Sequence record: NC_008515.1
Length of the DNA: 64,000 bases
Direction: 5' to 3' (one strand)
Origin: Escherichia phage RB32
The notes beneath the pieces were generated by a model. That model was not told where the DNA came from. It did not search any database and worked only from the letters and a program-made list of their open reading frames with translations. Positions 1-12,169 of this stretch are shown here, in pieces (positions within the stretch are counted from its first letter, which is position 1; each line of letters starts with the position of its first letter). Both the position numbers and the translations under genes were made by a program.

Positions 1-38
1 TGCTGAGTATGTTCCAGTATCTCATGGTATGTCAATGG

Positions 39-46
39 TATAAATA
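39..46 (+). promoter_or_regulatory. T4-type late promoter (TATAAATA) upstream of gene 18
   Basis: Exact TATAAATA about 30 nt upstream of the gene 18 ATG. Confidence 0.55.
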
Positions 47-74
47 TATTAAAGCATATTAAAGAGGATTAAAA

Positions 75-2054
75 ATGACTTTATTATCTCCGGGCATTGA
101 GCTCAAAGAAACTACGGTTCAAAGCACCGTGGTTAATAACTCTACTGGTACAGCAGCTTTGGCCGGTAAATTCCAGTGGGGTCCTGCTTTTCAGATTAAA
201 CAGGTTACAAATGAAGTAGATTTAGTTAATACTTTTGGTCAACCAACCGCTGAAACTGCTGACTATTTTATGTCTGCGATGAATTTCTTGCAGTACGGAA
301 ATGACTTACGAGTAGTTCGTGCTGTTGATAGAGATACCGCTAAAAACTCATCTCCGATTGCCGGTAATATTGAATACACAATTTCTACCCCAGGTAGTAA
401 CTACGCAGTTGGAGATAAAATCACGGTCAAATATGTTTCAGATGCTATTGAAACTGAAGGTAAAATTACTGAAGTAGACACAGATGGAAAAATTAAGAAA
501 ATTAATATTCCTACTGCAAAAATTATCGCTAAAGCTAAAGAAGTCGGTGAATATCCAACACTAGGTTCTAACTGGACTGCGGAAATTTCTTCATCTTCCT
601 CTGGTTTAGCTGCAGTAATAACTCTTGGAAAAATTATTACTGATTCTGGTATTTTATTAGCTGAAATTGAAAATGCTGAAGCTGCTATGACAGCGGTTGA
701 CTTTCAAGCAAATCTTAAAAAATACGGAATTCCAGGAGTAGTAGCGCTTTATCCAGGCGAATTGGGCGATAAAATTGAAATTGAAATCGTATCTAAAGCT
801 GACTATGCAAAAGGAGCTTCTGCATTACTCCCAATTTATCCGGGCGGTGGTACTCGCGCATCTACTGCTAAAGCAGTGTTTGGATATGGACCACAAACTG
901 ATTCACAGTACGCTATTATAGTTCGTCGCAATGATGCTATTGTTCAAAGCGTTGTTCTTTCAACTAAGCGTGGTGAAAAAGATATTTACGATAGTAACAT
1001 CTATATCGATGACTTTTTCGCAAAAGGCGGCTCAGAATATATTTTTGCAACTGCACAAAACTGGCCAGAAGGCTTCTCTGGAATTTTAACTCTGTCTGGT
1101 GGATTATCATCAAATGCTGAAGTAACAGCAGGAGATTTGATGGAAGCTTGGGACTTCTTTGCTGACCGTGAATCTGTTGACGTTCAACTGTTTATTGCAG
1201 GTTCTTGTGCCGGTGAATCTTTAGAAACAGCATCTACCGTCCAAAAACACGTCGTTTCAATTGGGGATGCTCGCCAAGATTGCTTAGTATTGTGTTCTCC
1301 TCCGCGTGAAACTGTGGTTGGAATTCCTGTAACTCGTGCAGTTGATAACTTAGTCAATTGGAGAACTGCAGCAGGTTCATACACTGATAATAACTTTAAT
1401 ATCAGTTCAACCTATGCAGCAATTGATGGTAACTACAAGTATCAGTATGACAAATATAATGATGTGAATCGTTGGGTTCCATTAGCAGCTGATATTGCTG
1501 GTTTATGCGCAAGAACTGATAACGTATCTCAGACTTGGATGTCACCAGCTGGTTATAATCGTGGCCAGATTCTTAACGTTATTAAACTTGCTATTGAAAC
1601 TCGCCAAGCTCAGCGCGACCGTTTATACCAAGAAGCTATCAACCCGGTAACCGGTACAGGTGGTGATGGTTACGTATTGTATGGTGATAAAACAGCTACT
1701 TCTGTTCCTTCTCCATTTGATCGTATTAACGTTCGTCGTCTGTTTAATATGTTGAAAACGAATATCGGACGTAGTTCAAAATATCGTTTGTTCGAATTAA
1801 ACAACGCGTTTACTCGTTCATCATTCCGCACAGAAACTGCCCAATACTTACAGGGAATTAAAGCTCTCGGTGGAATTTATGAATATCGTGTAGTTTGCGA
1901 TACAACAAATAACACTCCGTCAGTAATTGATAGAAATGAGTTTGTTGCAACATTCTACATCCAACCGGCTAGAAGCATTAACTACATTACCTTGAACTTC
2001 GTAGCAACTGCTACTGGTGCAGATTTCGATGAGTTAACTGGTCTTGCAGGTTAA
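75..2054 (+). CDS. 18: Contractile tail sheath protein gp18
   Basis: 659 aa ORF, same length as T4 gp18; sequence recognised; position before gene 19. Confidence 0.95.
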   Translation: MTLLSPGIELKETTVQSTVVNNSTGTAALAGKFQWGPAFQIKQVTNEVDLVNTFGQPTAETADYFMSAMNFLQYGNDLRVVRAVDRDTAKNSSPIAGNIEYTISTPGSNYAVGDKITVKYVSDAIETEGKITEVDTDGKIKKINIPTAKIIAKAKEVGEYPTLGSNWTAEISSSSSGLAAVITLGKIITDSGILLAEIENAEAAMTAVDFQANLKKYGIPGVVALYPGELGDKIEIEIVSKADYAKGASALLPIYPGGGTRASTAKAVFGYGPQTDSQYAIIVRRNDAIVQSVVLSTKRGEKDIYDSNIYIDDFFAKGGSEYIFATAQNWPEGFSGILTLSGGLSSNAEVTAGDLMEAWDFFADRESVDVQLFIAGSCAGESLETASTVQKHVVSIGDARQDCLVLCSPPRETVVGIPVTRAVDNLVNWRTAAGSYTDNNFNISSTYAAIDGNYKYQYDKYNDVNRWVPLAADIAGLCARTDNVSQTWMSPAGYNRGQILNVIKLAIETRQAQRDRLYQEAINPVTGTGGDGYVLYGDKTATSVPSPFDRINVRRLFNMLKTNIGRSSKYRLFELNNAFTRSSFRTETAQYLQGIKALGGIYEYRVVCDTTNNTPSVIDRNEFVATFYIQPARSINYITLNFVATATGADFDELTGLAG

Positions 2055-2070
2055 TACGGTGCATTCTAAA

Positions 2071-2088
2071 GGCCTGTTTCGGCAGGCC
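2071..2088 (+). terminator. Stem-loop (GGCCTG/CAGGCC) just after the gene 18 stop
   Basis: Inverted repeat seen in sequence; no clear T-run, so may be an RNA stability element rather than a terminator. Confidence 0.3.
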
Positions 2089-2089
2089 A

Positions 2090-2097
2090 TATAAATA
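2090..2097 (+). promoter_or_regulatory. Late promoter TATAAATA (first of two) upstream of gene 19
   Basis: Exact TATAAATA in the 18-19 intergenic region. Confidence 0.5.
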
Positions 2098-2148
2098 CAC
2101 TATATCCTTAATTCTTTAATTCTATATGCCCTAGGTTAAACATAGGGA

Positions 2149-2156
2149 TATAAATA
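2149..2156 (+). promoter_or_regulatory. Late promoter TATAAATA (second) upstream of gene 19
   Basis: Exact TATAAATA 15 nt upstream of the gene 19 ATG. Confidence 0.5.
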
Positions 2157-2170
2157 CTACAGAGGCTAAT

Positions 2171-2662
2171 ATGTTTGTAGATGATGTAACACGAGCGTTT
2201 GAATCTGGTGATTTTGCTCGACCTAACTTATTCCAAGTAGAAATTTCTTATCTTGGACAAAATTTTACGTTTCAATGTAAAGCCACTGCTTTACCAGCTG
2301 GTATTGTAGAAAAAATTCCAGTCGGATTTATGAACCGTAAAATTAACGTAGCAGGCGATCGTACATTCGATGACTGGACTATTACAGTAATGAATGATGA
2401 GGCGCATGATGCACGCCAGAAGTTTGTTGACTGGCAAAGCATTGCTGCTGGGCAAGGAAACGAAATTACTGGTGGAAAACCAGCAGAGTATAAAAAGAGT
2501 GCTATTGTACGCCAATATGCTCGTGACGCTAAAACTGTAACAAAAGAAGTCGAAATTAAAGGCCTGTGGCCTACTAACGTGGGTGAACTTCAGTTAGATT
2601 GGGATTCAAACAATGAAATCCAAACCTTTGAAGTAACTCTCGCTCTCGATTATTGGGAATAA
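2171..2662 (+). CDS. 19: Tail tube protein gp19
   Basis: 163 aa, matches T4 gp19 length; synteny. Confidence 0.93.
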   Translation: MFVDDVTRAFESGDFARPNLFQVEISYLGQNFTFQCKATALPAGIVEKIPVGFMNRKINVAGDRTFDDWTITVMNDEAHDARQKFVDWQSIAAGQGNEITGGKPAEYKKSAIVRQYARDAKTVTKEVEIKGLWPTNVGELQLDWDSNNEIQTFEVTLALDYWE

Positions 2663-2667
2663 AATGA

Positions 2668-2685
2668 ATGGGGAGAAATCCCCAT
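2668..2685 (+). terminator. Stem-loop ATGGGGA-GAAA-TCCCCAT after gene 19
   Basis: 7-bp stem with GNRA tetraloop seen directly. Confidence 0.4.
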
Positions 2686-2694
2686 CCTGCTTAA

Positions 2695-4319
<1,625 letters not shown>

Positions 4320-4320
<1 letters not shown>

Positions 4321-4562
4321 TGGAAGGTTTAATTGAAGCTATTAAATCAAACGACCTCGTAGCCGCTCGTAAATTATTTGCTGAAGCCATGGCTGCAAGA
4401 ACGATTGATTTAATTAAAGAAGAAAAAATCGCTATCGCTCGTAATTTCTTAATCGAAGGTGAAGAACCTGAAGACGAGGATGATGACGAAGATGGTGATG
4501 ATAAAGACGACAAAAAAGACAAAGACTCTGACGAAGATGACGAAGACGAGGATGATGAATAA
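4320..4562 (+). CDS. 67: Prohead core protein gp67 (acidic C-terminal tail)
   Basis: 80 aa, D/E-rich C-terminus; TAATG overlap with gene 20 stop. Confidence 0.9.
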
Positions 4563-4987
4563 TGCTTCTGATCCCTGAAACTCATGAATTAGTTCTCGAG
4601 AATGTCGAAGCACTTATTTCTGAAGCACAGGGTCGCTTTGACGAATTGTCTTCTGCTTTAAATAAAGACGATATAAATACAATTGTCGAGAATATGCTTG
4701 ATGATGAAACTGATTTAGCAGTTGCATTAGCTTCTATTAATGAAAACATGCCGTTAAATGAATTCATTGTTAAGCACGTTTCAGCTCGTGGTGAAATTAC
4801 ACGTACTAAAGACCGCAAAACACGTGAACGTAATGCATTTCAAACCACTGGGCTGTCTAAAGCAAAACGTAGACAAATTGCTCGCAAAGCTACCAAAACG
4901 AAGATTGCCAATCCAGCAGGTCAATCTCGTGCTCAGCGTAAGCGTAAAAAAGCTCTTAAACGCCGTAAAGCATTAGGATTAAGCTAA
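4562..4987 (+). CDS. 68: Prohead core protein gp68
   Basis: 141 aa; overlapping stop/start junctions with genes 67 and 21. Confidence 0.9.
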   Translation: MLLIPETHELVLENVEALISEAQGRFDELSSALNKDDINTIVENMLDDETDLAVALASINENMPLNEFIVKHVSARGEITRTKDRKTRERNAFQTTGLSKAKRRQIARKATKTKIANPAGQSRAQRKRKKALKRRKALGLS

Positions 4988-5640
4988 TGAATGAACCCCA
5001 ATTACTAATTGAAACTTGGGGTCAACCTGGCGAAATTATTGATGGTGTGCCAATGCTCGAATCCCACGATGGAAAAGACTTAGGTTTAAAACCGGGTTTA
5101 TACATCGAAGGAATATTCATGCAAGCGGAAGTCGTCAATAGAAATAAACGTCTTTATCCAAAACGCATATTAGAAAAAGCGGTAAAAGACTATATTAATG
5201 AGCAAGTTTTAACTAAACAAGCTCTCGGAGAATTAAATCATCCTCCACGCGCTAATGTTGACCCGATGCAAGCCGCTATCATTATAGAAGATATGTGGTG
5301 GAAAGGAAATGACGTATACGGACGAGCTCGTGTTATTGAAGGTGACCATGGTCCTGGAGATAAATTAGCAGCTAATATTCGTGCCGGATGGATTCCAGGA
5401 GTTTCTTCTCGTGGATTAGGTTCATTGACTGACACAAATAAAGGTTATCGTATCGTAAACGAAGGATTCAAATTAACTGTAGGTGTTGATGCAGTATGGG
5501 GCCCAAGTGCTCCAGATGCATGGGTAACTCCTAAGGAAATTACCGAATCACAGACGGCGGAAGCCGATACAAGTGCCGATGACGCCTATATGGCTCTCGC
5601 AGAGGCCATGAAAAAAAGCGTTATAAATATTATTATCTAA
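4987..5640 (+). CDS. 21: Prohead core protease gp21
   Basis: 217 aa; recognised sequence; TAATG junction with gene 68. Confidence 0.93.
   Translation: MNEPQLLIETWGQPGEIIDGVPMLESHDGKDLGLKPGLYIEGIFMQAEVVNRNKRLYPKRILEKAVKDYINEQVLTKQALGELNHPPRANVDPMQAAIIIEDMWWKGNDVYGRARVIEGDHGPGDKLAANIRAGWIPGVSSRGLGSLTDTNKGYRIVNEGFKLTVGVDAVWGPSAPDAWVTPKEITESQTAEADTSADDAYMALAEAMKKSVINIII
5622..5629 (+). promoter_or_regulatory. Late promoter TATAAATA inside the 3' end of gene 21, upstream of gene 22
   Basis: Exact TATAAATA 28 nt upstream of the gene 22 ATG. Confidence 0.5.
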
Positions 5641-5656
5641 ACAACAGGACTACAAA

Positions 5657-6466
5657 ATGCTTAAAGAACAACTGATTGCTGAAGCGCAAAAAATTGATGC
5701 TTCCGTTGCTCTTGATAGTATTTTCGAATCAGTTAATATTTCTCCGGAAGCAAAAGAAACTTTCGGCACTGTATTCGAAGCTACCGTCAAGCAGCACGCC
5801 GTTAAATTAGCTGAATCTCATATCGCTAAAATTGCTGAAAAAGCAGAAGAAGAAGTAGAAAAAAATAAAGAAGAAGCCGAAGAAAAAGCTGAGAAGAAAA
5901 TCGCTGAGCAAGCTTCTAAATTCATTGACCATCTTGCGAAAGAATGGCTCGCTGAAAATAAATTAGCAGTTGATAAAGGCATCAAAGCCGAACTGTTTGA
6001 ATCCATGCTTGGTGGATTAAAAGAGCTCTTTGTTGAACACAACGTTGTTGTTCCAGAAGAATCAGTTGATGTTGTGGCTGAAATGGAAGAAGAGTTGCAA
6101 GAACATAAAGAAGAATCAGCTCGTCTGTTCGAAGAACTCAATATGCGCGACGCATATATCAATTATGTGCAGCGTGAAGTGGCATTGAGCGAAAGTACTA
6201 AAGATCTGACTGAGTCTCAAAAAGAAAAAGTCTCTGCTCTGGTCGAAGGTATGGATTATTCAGATGAATTCTCAAATAAATTGAGTGCCATCGTAGAAAT
6301 GGTGAAGAAGTCTAATAAAGATGAAAGCACTATTACTGAGGGTATAAATACTCCTGATACTGAAGCAGCCGGACTGAATTTCGTCACTGAAGCTGTAGAA
6401 GATAAAGCTGCACCTGGTGCAGAAGATATTGTAAGTGTATATGCGAAAGTCGCATCTCGTTTCTAA
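5657..6466 (+). CDS. 22: Prohead scaffolding core protein gp22
   Basis: 269 aa, same as T4 gp22; E/K-rich coiled-coil character. Confidence 0.93.
   Translation: MLKEQLIAEAQKIDASVALDSIFESVNISPEAKETFGTVFEATVKQHAVKLAESHIAKIAEKAEEEVEKNKEEAEEKAEKKIAEQASKFIDHLAKEWLAENKLAVDKGIKAELFESMLGGLKELFVEHNVVVPEESVDVVAEMEEELQEHKEESARLFEELNMRDAYINYVQREVALSESTKDLTESQKEKVSALVEGMDYSDEFSNKLSAIVEMVKKSNKDESTITEGINTPDTEAAGLNFVTEAVEDKAAPGAEDIVSVYAKVASRF
6343..6350 (+). promoter_or_regulatory. Late promoter P23 (TATAAATA) inside gene 22
   Basis: Exact TATAAATA about 135 nt upstream of the gene 23 ATG. Confidence 0.55.
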
Positions 6467-6484
6467 TTTTAAAGGTTAACACAA

Positions 6485-8050
6485 ATGACTATCAAAACTA
6501 AAGCTGAACTTTTGAACAAATGGAAGCCATTACTGGAAGGTGAAGGTTTACCGGAAATTGCTAATAGCAAACAAGCGATTATCGCTAAAATCTTTGAAAA
6601 CCAGGAAAAAGATTTCCAGACAGCTCCAGAGTACAAAGACGAAAAAATCGCTCAGGCGTTCGGTTCTTTCTTAACAGAAGCTGAAATCGGTGGTGACCAC
6701 GGTTACAATGCTACTAACATCGCTGCTGGTCAGACTTCTGGCGCAGTAACTCAGATTGGCCCAGCTGTTATGGGTATGGTACGTCGTGCTATTCCTAACC
6801 TGATTGCTTTCGATATTTGCGGTGTTCAGCCGATGAACAGCCCGACCGGTCAGGTATTCGCACTGCGCGCAGTATATGGTAAAGACCCAATCGCTGCCGG
6901 CGCTAAAGAAGCATTCCACCCAATGTATGGTCCAGATGCAATGTTCTCTGGTCAGGGTGCTGCTAAGAAATTCGCAGCTCTGGCTGCTAGCACACAAACC
7001 ACAGTAGGTGATATCTATACTCACTTCTTCCAGGACACTGGTACTGTGTATCTGCAGGCTTCTGCTCAAGTAACAATTAGTTCTACTGCAGATGATGCAG
7101 CTAAATTAGATGCTGAAATTAAGAAACAAATGGAAGCTGGTGCACTGGTAGAAATCGCTGAAGGTATGGCTACTTCTATCGCTGAACTTCAGGAAAGTTT
7201 CAACGGTTCCACCGATAACCCATGGAATGAAATGGGCTTCCGTATCGATAAACAAGTTATCGAAGCTAAATCGCGCCAGCTGAAAGCTGCTTACTCTATC
7301 GAATTAGCACAAGACCTCCGCGCTGTTCACGGTATGGATGCTGATGCTGAACTGTCTGGTATTCTGGCTACAGAAATCATGCTGGAAATCAACCGTGAAG
7401 TCGTTGATTGGATTAACTACTCAGCTCAGGTTGGTAAATCTGGTATGACCCTGACTCCGGGTTCTAAAGCTGGTGTATTTGACTTCCAGGACCCAATCGA
7501 TATTCGTGGTGCTCGCTGGGCAGGTGAATCCTTTAAAGCTCTGTTGTTCCAGATTGACAAAGAAGCAGTTGAAATTGCTCGTCAGACCGGTCGTGGTGAA
7601 GGTAACTTCATTATCGCTTCCCGTAACGTAGTTAACGTTCTGGCTTCAGTTGATACCGGCATTTCTTATGCTGCACAGGGTCTGGCTACCGGCTTTAACA
7701 CTGATACTACCAAGTCAGTATTTGCTGGTGTTCTGGGTGGTAAATACCGTGTATATATCGACCAGTATGCTAAACAGGATTACTTCACTGTAGGTTATAA
7801 AGGTCCGAACGAAATGGATGCTGGTATTTACTACGCTCCATATGTAGCTCTGACTCCACTGCGTGGTTCTGATCCGAAGAACTTCCAACCAGTAATGGGA
7901 TTCAAAACTCGTTACGGTATCGGTATCAACCCATTTGCAGAATCCGCTGCTCAGGCTCCGGCTTCTCGCATCCAGAGCGGTATGCCTTCTATTCTGAATA
8001 GCCTTGGTAAAAACGCTTACTTCCGCCGTGTATATGTTAAAGGTATCTAA
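6485..8050 (+). CDS. 23: Major capsid protein gp23
   Basis: 521 aa; N-terminus MTIKTKAELLNKWKPLLEGEG recognised as T4 gp23. Confidence 0.97.
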   Translation: MTIKTKAELLNKWKPLLEGEGLPEIANSKQAIIAKIFENQEKDFQTAPEYKDEKIAQAFGSFLTEAEIGGDHGYNATNIAAGQTSGAVTQIGPAVMGMVRRAIPNLIAFDICGVQPMNSPTGQVFALRAVYGKDPIAAGAKEAFHPMYGPDAMFSGQGAAKKFAALAASTQTTVGDIYTHFFQDTGTVYLQASAQVTISSTADDAAKLDAEIKKQMEAGALVEIAEGMATSIAELQESFNGSTDNPWNEMGFRIDKQVIEAKSRQLKAAYSIELAQDLRAVHGMDADAELSGILATEIMLEINREVVDWINYSAQVGKSGMTLTPGSKAGVFDFQDPIDIRGARWAGESFKALLFQIDKEAVEIARQTGRGEGNFIIASRNVVNVLASVDTGISYAAQGLATGFNTDTTKSVFAGVLGGKYRVYIDQYAKQDYFTVGYKGPNEMDAGIYYAPYVALTPLRGSDPKNFQPVMGFKTRYGIGINPFAESAAQAPASRIQSGMPSILNSLGKNAYFRRVYVKGI

Positions 8051-8065
8051 TCTTTGACGATTTAA

Positions 8066-8094
8066 GGGACCTTCGGGTCCCTTTAGTTGTTTTT
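8066..8094 (+). terminator. Rho-independent terminator after gene 23 (GGGACC-TTCG-GGTCCC plus T-run)
   Basis: Perfect 6-bp stem, UUCG tetraloop and T-rich tail seen directly. Confidence 0.7.
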
Positions 8095-8098
8095 ATGG

Positions 8099-8106
8099 TA
8101 TAAATA
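8099..8106 (+). promoter_or_regulatory. Late promoter TATAAATA upstream of gene 24
   Basis: Exact TATAAATA 27 nt upstream of the ATG. Confidence 0.55.
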
Positions 8107-8133
8107 AATCATATAAACCAAAAGGAAAGCGCA

Positions 8134-9417
8134 ATGGCTAAAATCAACGAACTTCTGCGCGAATCAACCACAACGAATAGCAACTCAATCGGTCGCCCAA
8201 ATCTCGTTGCTTTGACTCGCGCTACCACTAAATTAATATATTCTGACATTGTAGCAACGCAAAGAACTAATCAACCTGTTGCTGCTTTTTATGGTATCAA
8301 ATACCTTAACCCAGATAACGAATTTACATTTAAAACTGGTGCTACTTACGCTGGCGAAGCTGGATATGTAGATCGAGAACAAATCACGGAATTAACAGAA
8401 GAGTCTAAATTAACTCTCAATAAAGGCGATTTATTCAAATATAATAATATCGTTTATAAAGTATTAGAAGATACACCATTTGCTACCATTGAAGAAAGCG
8501 ATTTAGAATTAGCTCTTCAGATTGCAATTGTTCTTTTAAAGGTTCGTCTATTTTCTGACGCAGCGTCAACAAGCAAATTTGAAAGCTCTGATAGCGAAAT
8601 TGCGGATGCTAGATTCCAGATTAATAAATGGCAAACCGCCGTTAAATCTCGTAAACTTAAAACTGGCATTACAGTTGAATTGGCTCAAGATTTAGAAGCA
8701 AACGGATTCGACGCTCCTAATTTCCTGGAAGATTTGCTTGCAACTGAAATGGCAGATGAAATCAATAAAGATATTCTGCAGTCTTTGATTACAGTATCAA
8801 AACGTTATAAAGTTACAGGAATTACTGATACTGGATTCATTGATTTGAGTTATGCATCTGCTCCTGAAGCAGGTCGTTCATTATACCGAATGGTATGTGA
8901 AATGGTTTCGCATATCCAAAAAGAATCAACTTATACAGCAACGTTCTGTGTTGCTTCAGCTCGTGCTGCTGCGATTCTTGCTGCATCAGGTTGGTTAAAA
9001 CATAAACCAGAAGATGATAAATATCTTTCACAAAATGCCTACGGGTTCTTAGCTAATGGTTTACCGCTTTATTGCGATACTAACAGCCCATTAGATTATG
9101 TAATCGTTGGTGTAGTAGAAAATATTGGCGAAAAAGAAATTGTTGGGTCAATTTTCTATGCTCCGTATACAGAAGGTCTTGACTTAGATGACCCTGAACA
9201 TGTAGGTGCATTTAAAGTTATAGTTGACCCAGAAAGTTTGCAGCCATCTATCGGTTTATTAGTTAGATATGCTTTATCTGCAAATCCTTACACTGTAGCA
9301 AAAGATGAAAAAGAAGCAAGAATAATTGATGGTGGAGACATGGATAAAATGGCGGGTCGTTCAGATTTGTCTGTTTTATTAGGTGTTAAGCTACCAAAAA
9401 TTATTGTTGATGAATAA
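8134..9417 (+). CDS. 24: Capsid vertex protein gp24
   Basis: 427 aa, same as T4 gp24; follows gene 23. Confidence 0.93.
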   Translation: MAKINELLRESTTTNSNSIGRPNLVALTRATTKLIYSDIVATQRTNQPVAAFYGIKYLNPDNEFTFKTGATYAGEAGYVDREQITELTEESKLTLNKGDLFKYNNIVYKVLEDTPFATIEESDLELALQIAIVLLKVRLFSDAASTSKFESSDSEIADARFQINKWQTAVKSRKLKTGITVELAQDLEANGFDAPNFLEDLLATEMADEINKDILQSLITVSKRYKVTGITDTGFIDLSYASAPEAGRSLYRMVCEMVSHIQKESTYTATFCVASARAAAILAASGWLKHKPEDDKYLSQNAYGFLANGLPLYCDTNSPLDYVIVGVVENIGEKEIVGSIFYAPYTEGLDLDDPEHVGAFKVIVDPESLQPSIGLLVRYALSANPYTVAKDEKEARIIDGGDMDKMAGRSDLSVLLGVKLPKIIVDE

Positions 9418-9423
9418 AACAAA

Positions 9424-9445
9424 GGGACCTTTCGGTCCCTTTTTA
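9424..9445. terminator. Bidirectional terminator hairpin (GGGACC-TTTC-GGTCCC) between convergent genes 24 and rnlB
   Basis: Perfect stem with T-run on + strand and T-rich tail on - strand. Confidence 0.65.
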
Positions 9446-9446
9446 T

Positions 9447-10451
9447 TTAACTTACCAATTCAATCCAAGCCGGACGAAGTACATCTTGTACCATTTTAAC
9501 TAATTCCTTTTTAATCAAAGAAGGATTATCCGCTTGAGTTAGAGTAATACCTTCACGAGAAGTTTCTTCCAAAATATCTTGAACAGTTAGTCCCATCACC
9601 TTTCCAAAATCTTTTGGACCAATTTCGCCAATTTTAGAAATAACGTTATTTATCCGGTTCAGTGTAACGTAGCAAGCTAAAATTCCCAGCAATTTATTAT
9701 CAGCTTCTGACAGCTCAACTTTAGCTTTAATAGGCTTATCAGACTTTTTCTTTTCGCTAAATTTAGAGTTCTTGCATTTAATCGCTACACGATTGCCATT
9801 AGGCATCCAAGAAGGATAACAAGGTTTCAATACATATCCTTCAGCGGTAAATACTTCGCCTTTTGCTTTGGCATTCCAGACGCATTTATTTGCATCAACT
9901 AATCCAGCATGGTCTACTGTAAAATTATAATCTTGGACGACAGAATCTAAATCATTTGGCAATTTAATAAGCTCTTCAAATTTACCACGACCTAAAAGTG
10001 GAGCCATTTTAAATTTAAATGTATTACAGAATGATTCCATCATATAATCATCGACATAAGTCACATCACCACTTTCTGTAGTGACAATAATGTCAAATAC
10101 ATAAAAATCTTTATCGCCATAATCGACATTCTTCTGAATGCCAGGTCCAGCGAATTCGCCAAAGACTTGATAAGATACAACCGCTGAGGTTTCCATAATA
10201 TCTTGTACTGCTTTAATAGAATCTTTGTAATTCTTTAGAATAATTTCATACCCAAAGAAATCTTCAGCAGGAAGAATCGGTCCAGTACGTTTAGCACAAG
10301 TTGCTTTATCGCGCTCAATAATCAACGAGAAATTTGTACCATGAATCTTTTCACGAGCTACCCATTCGCCGCCAGTCAATCCCAAGCTATAAAGTTTTTC
10401 AATAAATTTAGAGTTGTAATGATTTTCAAGACTGCTATACTTTTTAAACAT
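9447..10451 (-). CDS. rnlB: RNA ligase 2 (Rnl2)
   Basis: 334 aa; recognised T4 Rnl2 sequence including a KIHGTN-type ligase lysine motif. Confidence 0.93.
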   Translation of the reverse strand: MFKKYSSLENHYNSKFIEKLYSLGLTGGEWVAREKIHGTNFSLIIERDKATCAKRTGPILPAEDFFGYEIILKNYKDSIKAVQDIMETSAVVSYQVFGEFAGPGIQKNVDYGDKDFYVFDIIVTTESGDVTYVDDYMMESFCNTFKFKMAPLLGRGKFEELIKLPNDLDSVVQDYNFTVDHAGLVDANKCVWNAKAKGEVFTAEGYVLKPCYPSWMPNGNRVAIKCKNSKFSEKKKSDKPIKAKVELSEADNKLLGILACYVTLNRINNVISKIGEIGPKDFGKVMGLTVQDILEETSREGITLTQADNPSLIKKELVKMVQDVLRPAWIELVS

Positions 10452-10460
10452 AATTAATCC

Positions 10461-10739
10461 TCAAAATGTAATTTCTAACCAATCACCATCACGCTGATCA
10501 CTATTAACTTTAAAGCTGAATCCTTCTTTTCTCAGCCAATCACCAATTTCTTCAGTAATCAATTTATCACGAGCAGTACAATAATAACTAAAATATGTTT
10601 TACCTTGTTCAGCTGCTTTATTAGCAAGTTCCGAAAAATCTTTAATAAAACACTCTAGCTTAAACTGTTTGCTTTTAAGTGCTTTTTCGCGTAATTGATT
10701 AGCAAAAGATTCATTTTCATAAAGATCATACTGTTCCAT
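10461..10739 (-). CDS. Hypothetical protein (position of T4 24.2)
   Basis: 92 aa ORF, tightly packed between rnlB and the next ORF. Confidence 0.6.
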   Translation of the reverse strand: MEQYDLYENESFANQLREKALKSKQFKLECFIKDFSELANKAAEQGKTYFSYYCTARDKLITEEIGDWLRKEGFSFKVNSDQRDGDWLEITF

Positions 10740-10941
10740 TTTTCACCTTTTTATTAATATGTCTTTTTCTATAGACAACTTTTTCTCGAGTCTCAAATTT
10801 ATTCTTAGCAGTCATAGCTCGAGCCCATAATACAGCCACTTCTTTTGCCTGTAAGTTCAATTCACGAGCAATTTCAATGAATGACTTTCCAGACTCATGA
10901 AGAGTAAACACCACAACCTCAGTTCTCATAATCAATCTCAT
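10726..10941 (-). CDS. Hypothetical protein with possible helix-turn-helix (position of T4 24.3); start uncertain
   Basis: 71 aa ORF; segment FIEIARELNLQAKEVAVLWARA looks HTH-like. Confidence 0.5.
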   Translation of the reverse strand: MRLIMRTEVVVFTLHESGKSFIEIARELNLQAKEVAVLWARAMTAKNKFETREKVVYRKRHINKKVKNGTV

Positions 10942-11010
10942 GTTATCGAGTTGGTGCCATTATATACATCATTTTCTGATTGTGTTTTGTGTGCTTTCAA
11001 AATGAAGAAA

Positions 11011-11024
11011 GGGGCCGAAGCCCC
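11011..11024 (-). terminator. Hairpin GGGGC-CGAA-GCCCC just downstream of the hoc stop
   Basis: Perfect 5-bp stem, tetraloop, T-rich tail on - strand. Confidence 0.55.
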
Positions 11025-11029
11025 TACGA

Positions 11030-12160
11030 TTATGGATAGGTATAGATGATACCAGTTTCTAAAGCAGTTTTATGAATGATGTATCCATTACGCGATTCTT
11101 GGACATCAACTTCTGGATAATCTTTCATCATCTTCTGGAGAGTGTAACGATGCAAGTAGTACTTACTATCTGGATCGTCAGTTTTCCAATCTTTACCTTC
11201 TTCGGTCATTTTTTGGATTTCATCCATAACCCACCAACCGCACCAGATGTAAGCTGAAGTACGATGTGGAAGAGGATGAACATAAGGCAATTCACCTTCT
11301 GGTTCTGGAGCAACTTTATCAGTTACCTGAACTTGACCTTCTGCTGTAATAGTTTTGCTATCATAATCAGTAGCAGTAACAGTTGCAGTAACTTCAATAG
11401 TTTGACTTCCAATAGATGAGGTATCAACTGTATACACATTAGTCGATCCTTCTACAGGAGAAGAGTCTTTCTTCCATGAATAAGTAATTTGCGCTTCTTC
11501 TGGAGCATCAGTGACATTAGCAGTAAATGTAGCCGAAGCATCTTGCTGAACATTAATAGAAGGAGGAGTCAATGTAACCTGTGGATTCATTGTCTTTTTA
11601 TTAACCGTCAATGATACTTCATTGGAAGTAACTTCCTTTTCATTATAATTTTCTGCAGTTACTTGGGCTACACACTTAATTTTTTTAACTCCGCTTGTAG
11701 TAGGAGTATAATTGAATGTAGCAGAAGTTGCTTCGCCCACAGGAGAATCGTCAACGTACCATTGATACGTAGCAGTTGCGCCCGATGGCTGCGAAGCTAA
11801 AGCAGCAGTAAATTCAACAGCTGTTCCGATTACTCCAGCAGCAGGACTATCAGGAGTTACAGCTAAGGTAGTTGTCTGCGTCTTATTTTGAACTGTGATA
11901 GTTGTACTAATTTCAGCTGTTTCAGCTTCAGCTTCTGGAACTGTATTTGTTGCAACCACTTTAATAGTCTTTTGACCAGCAGGTCCTTTTAATACATAAT
12001 TAAAGGTTGCTTCAGCTCCATCCTGTGGAACATTATCTACACTCCAAGCATAGGTAATAGTTCCACCTTCAGTTTGACCACTGGGTGCAGCAGTAAACTG
12101 CTTGGTTTCATCAATAACCCCCGTTGGTGTTTTAGGAGTTATATCAACTGTAAAAGTCAT
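11030..12160 (-). CDS. hoc: Highly immunogenic outer capsid protein Hoc (Ig-like repeats)
   Basis: 376 aa; T/S/V-rich repeated Ig-like segments; sequence recognised. Confidence 0.93.
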   Translation of the reverse strand: MTFTVDITPKTPTGVIDETKQFTAAPSGQTEGGTITYAWSVDNVPQDGAEATFNYVLKGPAGQKTIKVVATNTVPEAEAETAEISTTITVQNKTQTTTLAVTPDSPAAGVIGTAVEFTAALASQPSGATATYQWYVDDSPVGEATSATFNYTPTTSGVKKIKCVAQVTAENYNEKEVTSNEVSLTVNKKTMNPQVTLTPPSINVQQDASATFTANVTDAPEEAQITYSWKKDSSPVEGSTNVYTVDTSSIGSQTIEVTATVTATDYDSKTITAEGQVQVTDKVAPEPEGELPYVHPLPHRTSAYIWCGWWVMDEIQKMTEEGKDWKTDDPDSKYYLHRYTLQKMMKDYPEVDVQESRNGYIIHKTALETGIIYTYP

Positions 12161-12169
12161 AAGTTATCC

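Noticed and set aside
1184-1384. 66-aa ORF antisense within gene 18
   Set aside because: Lies entirely inside the confidently identified tail sheath gene on the opposite strand, with no SD or promoter context; typical chance antisense ORF.
5818-6162. 114-aa ORF antisense within gene 22
   Set aside because: Ser-rich low-complexity reading of the opposite strand of the E/K-rich scaffold gene; no independent signals.
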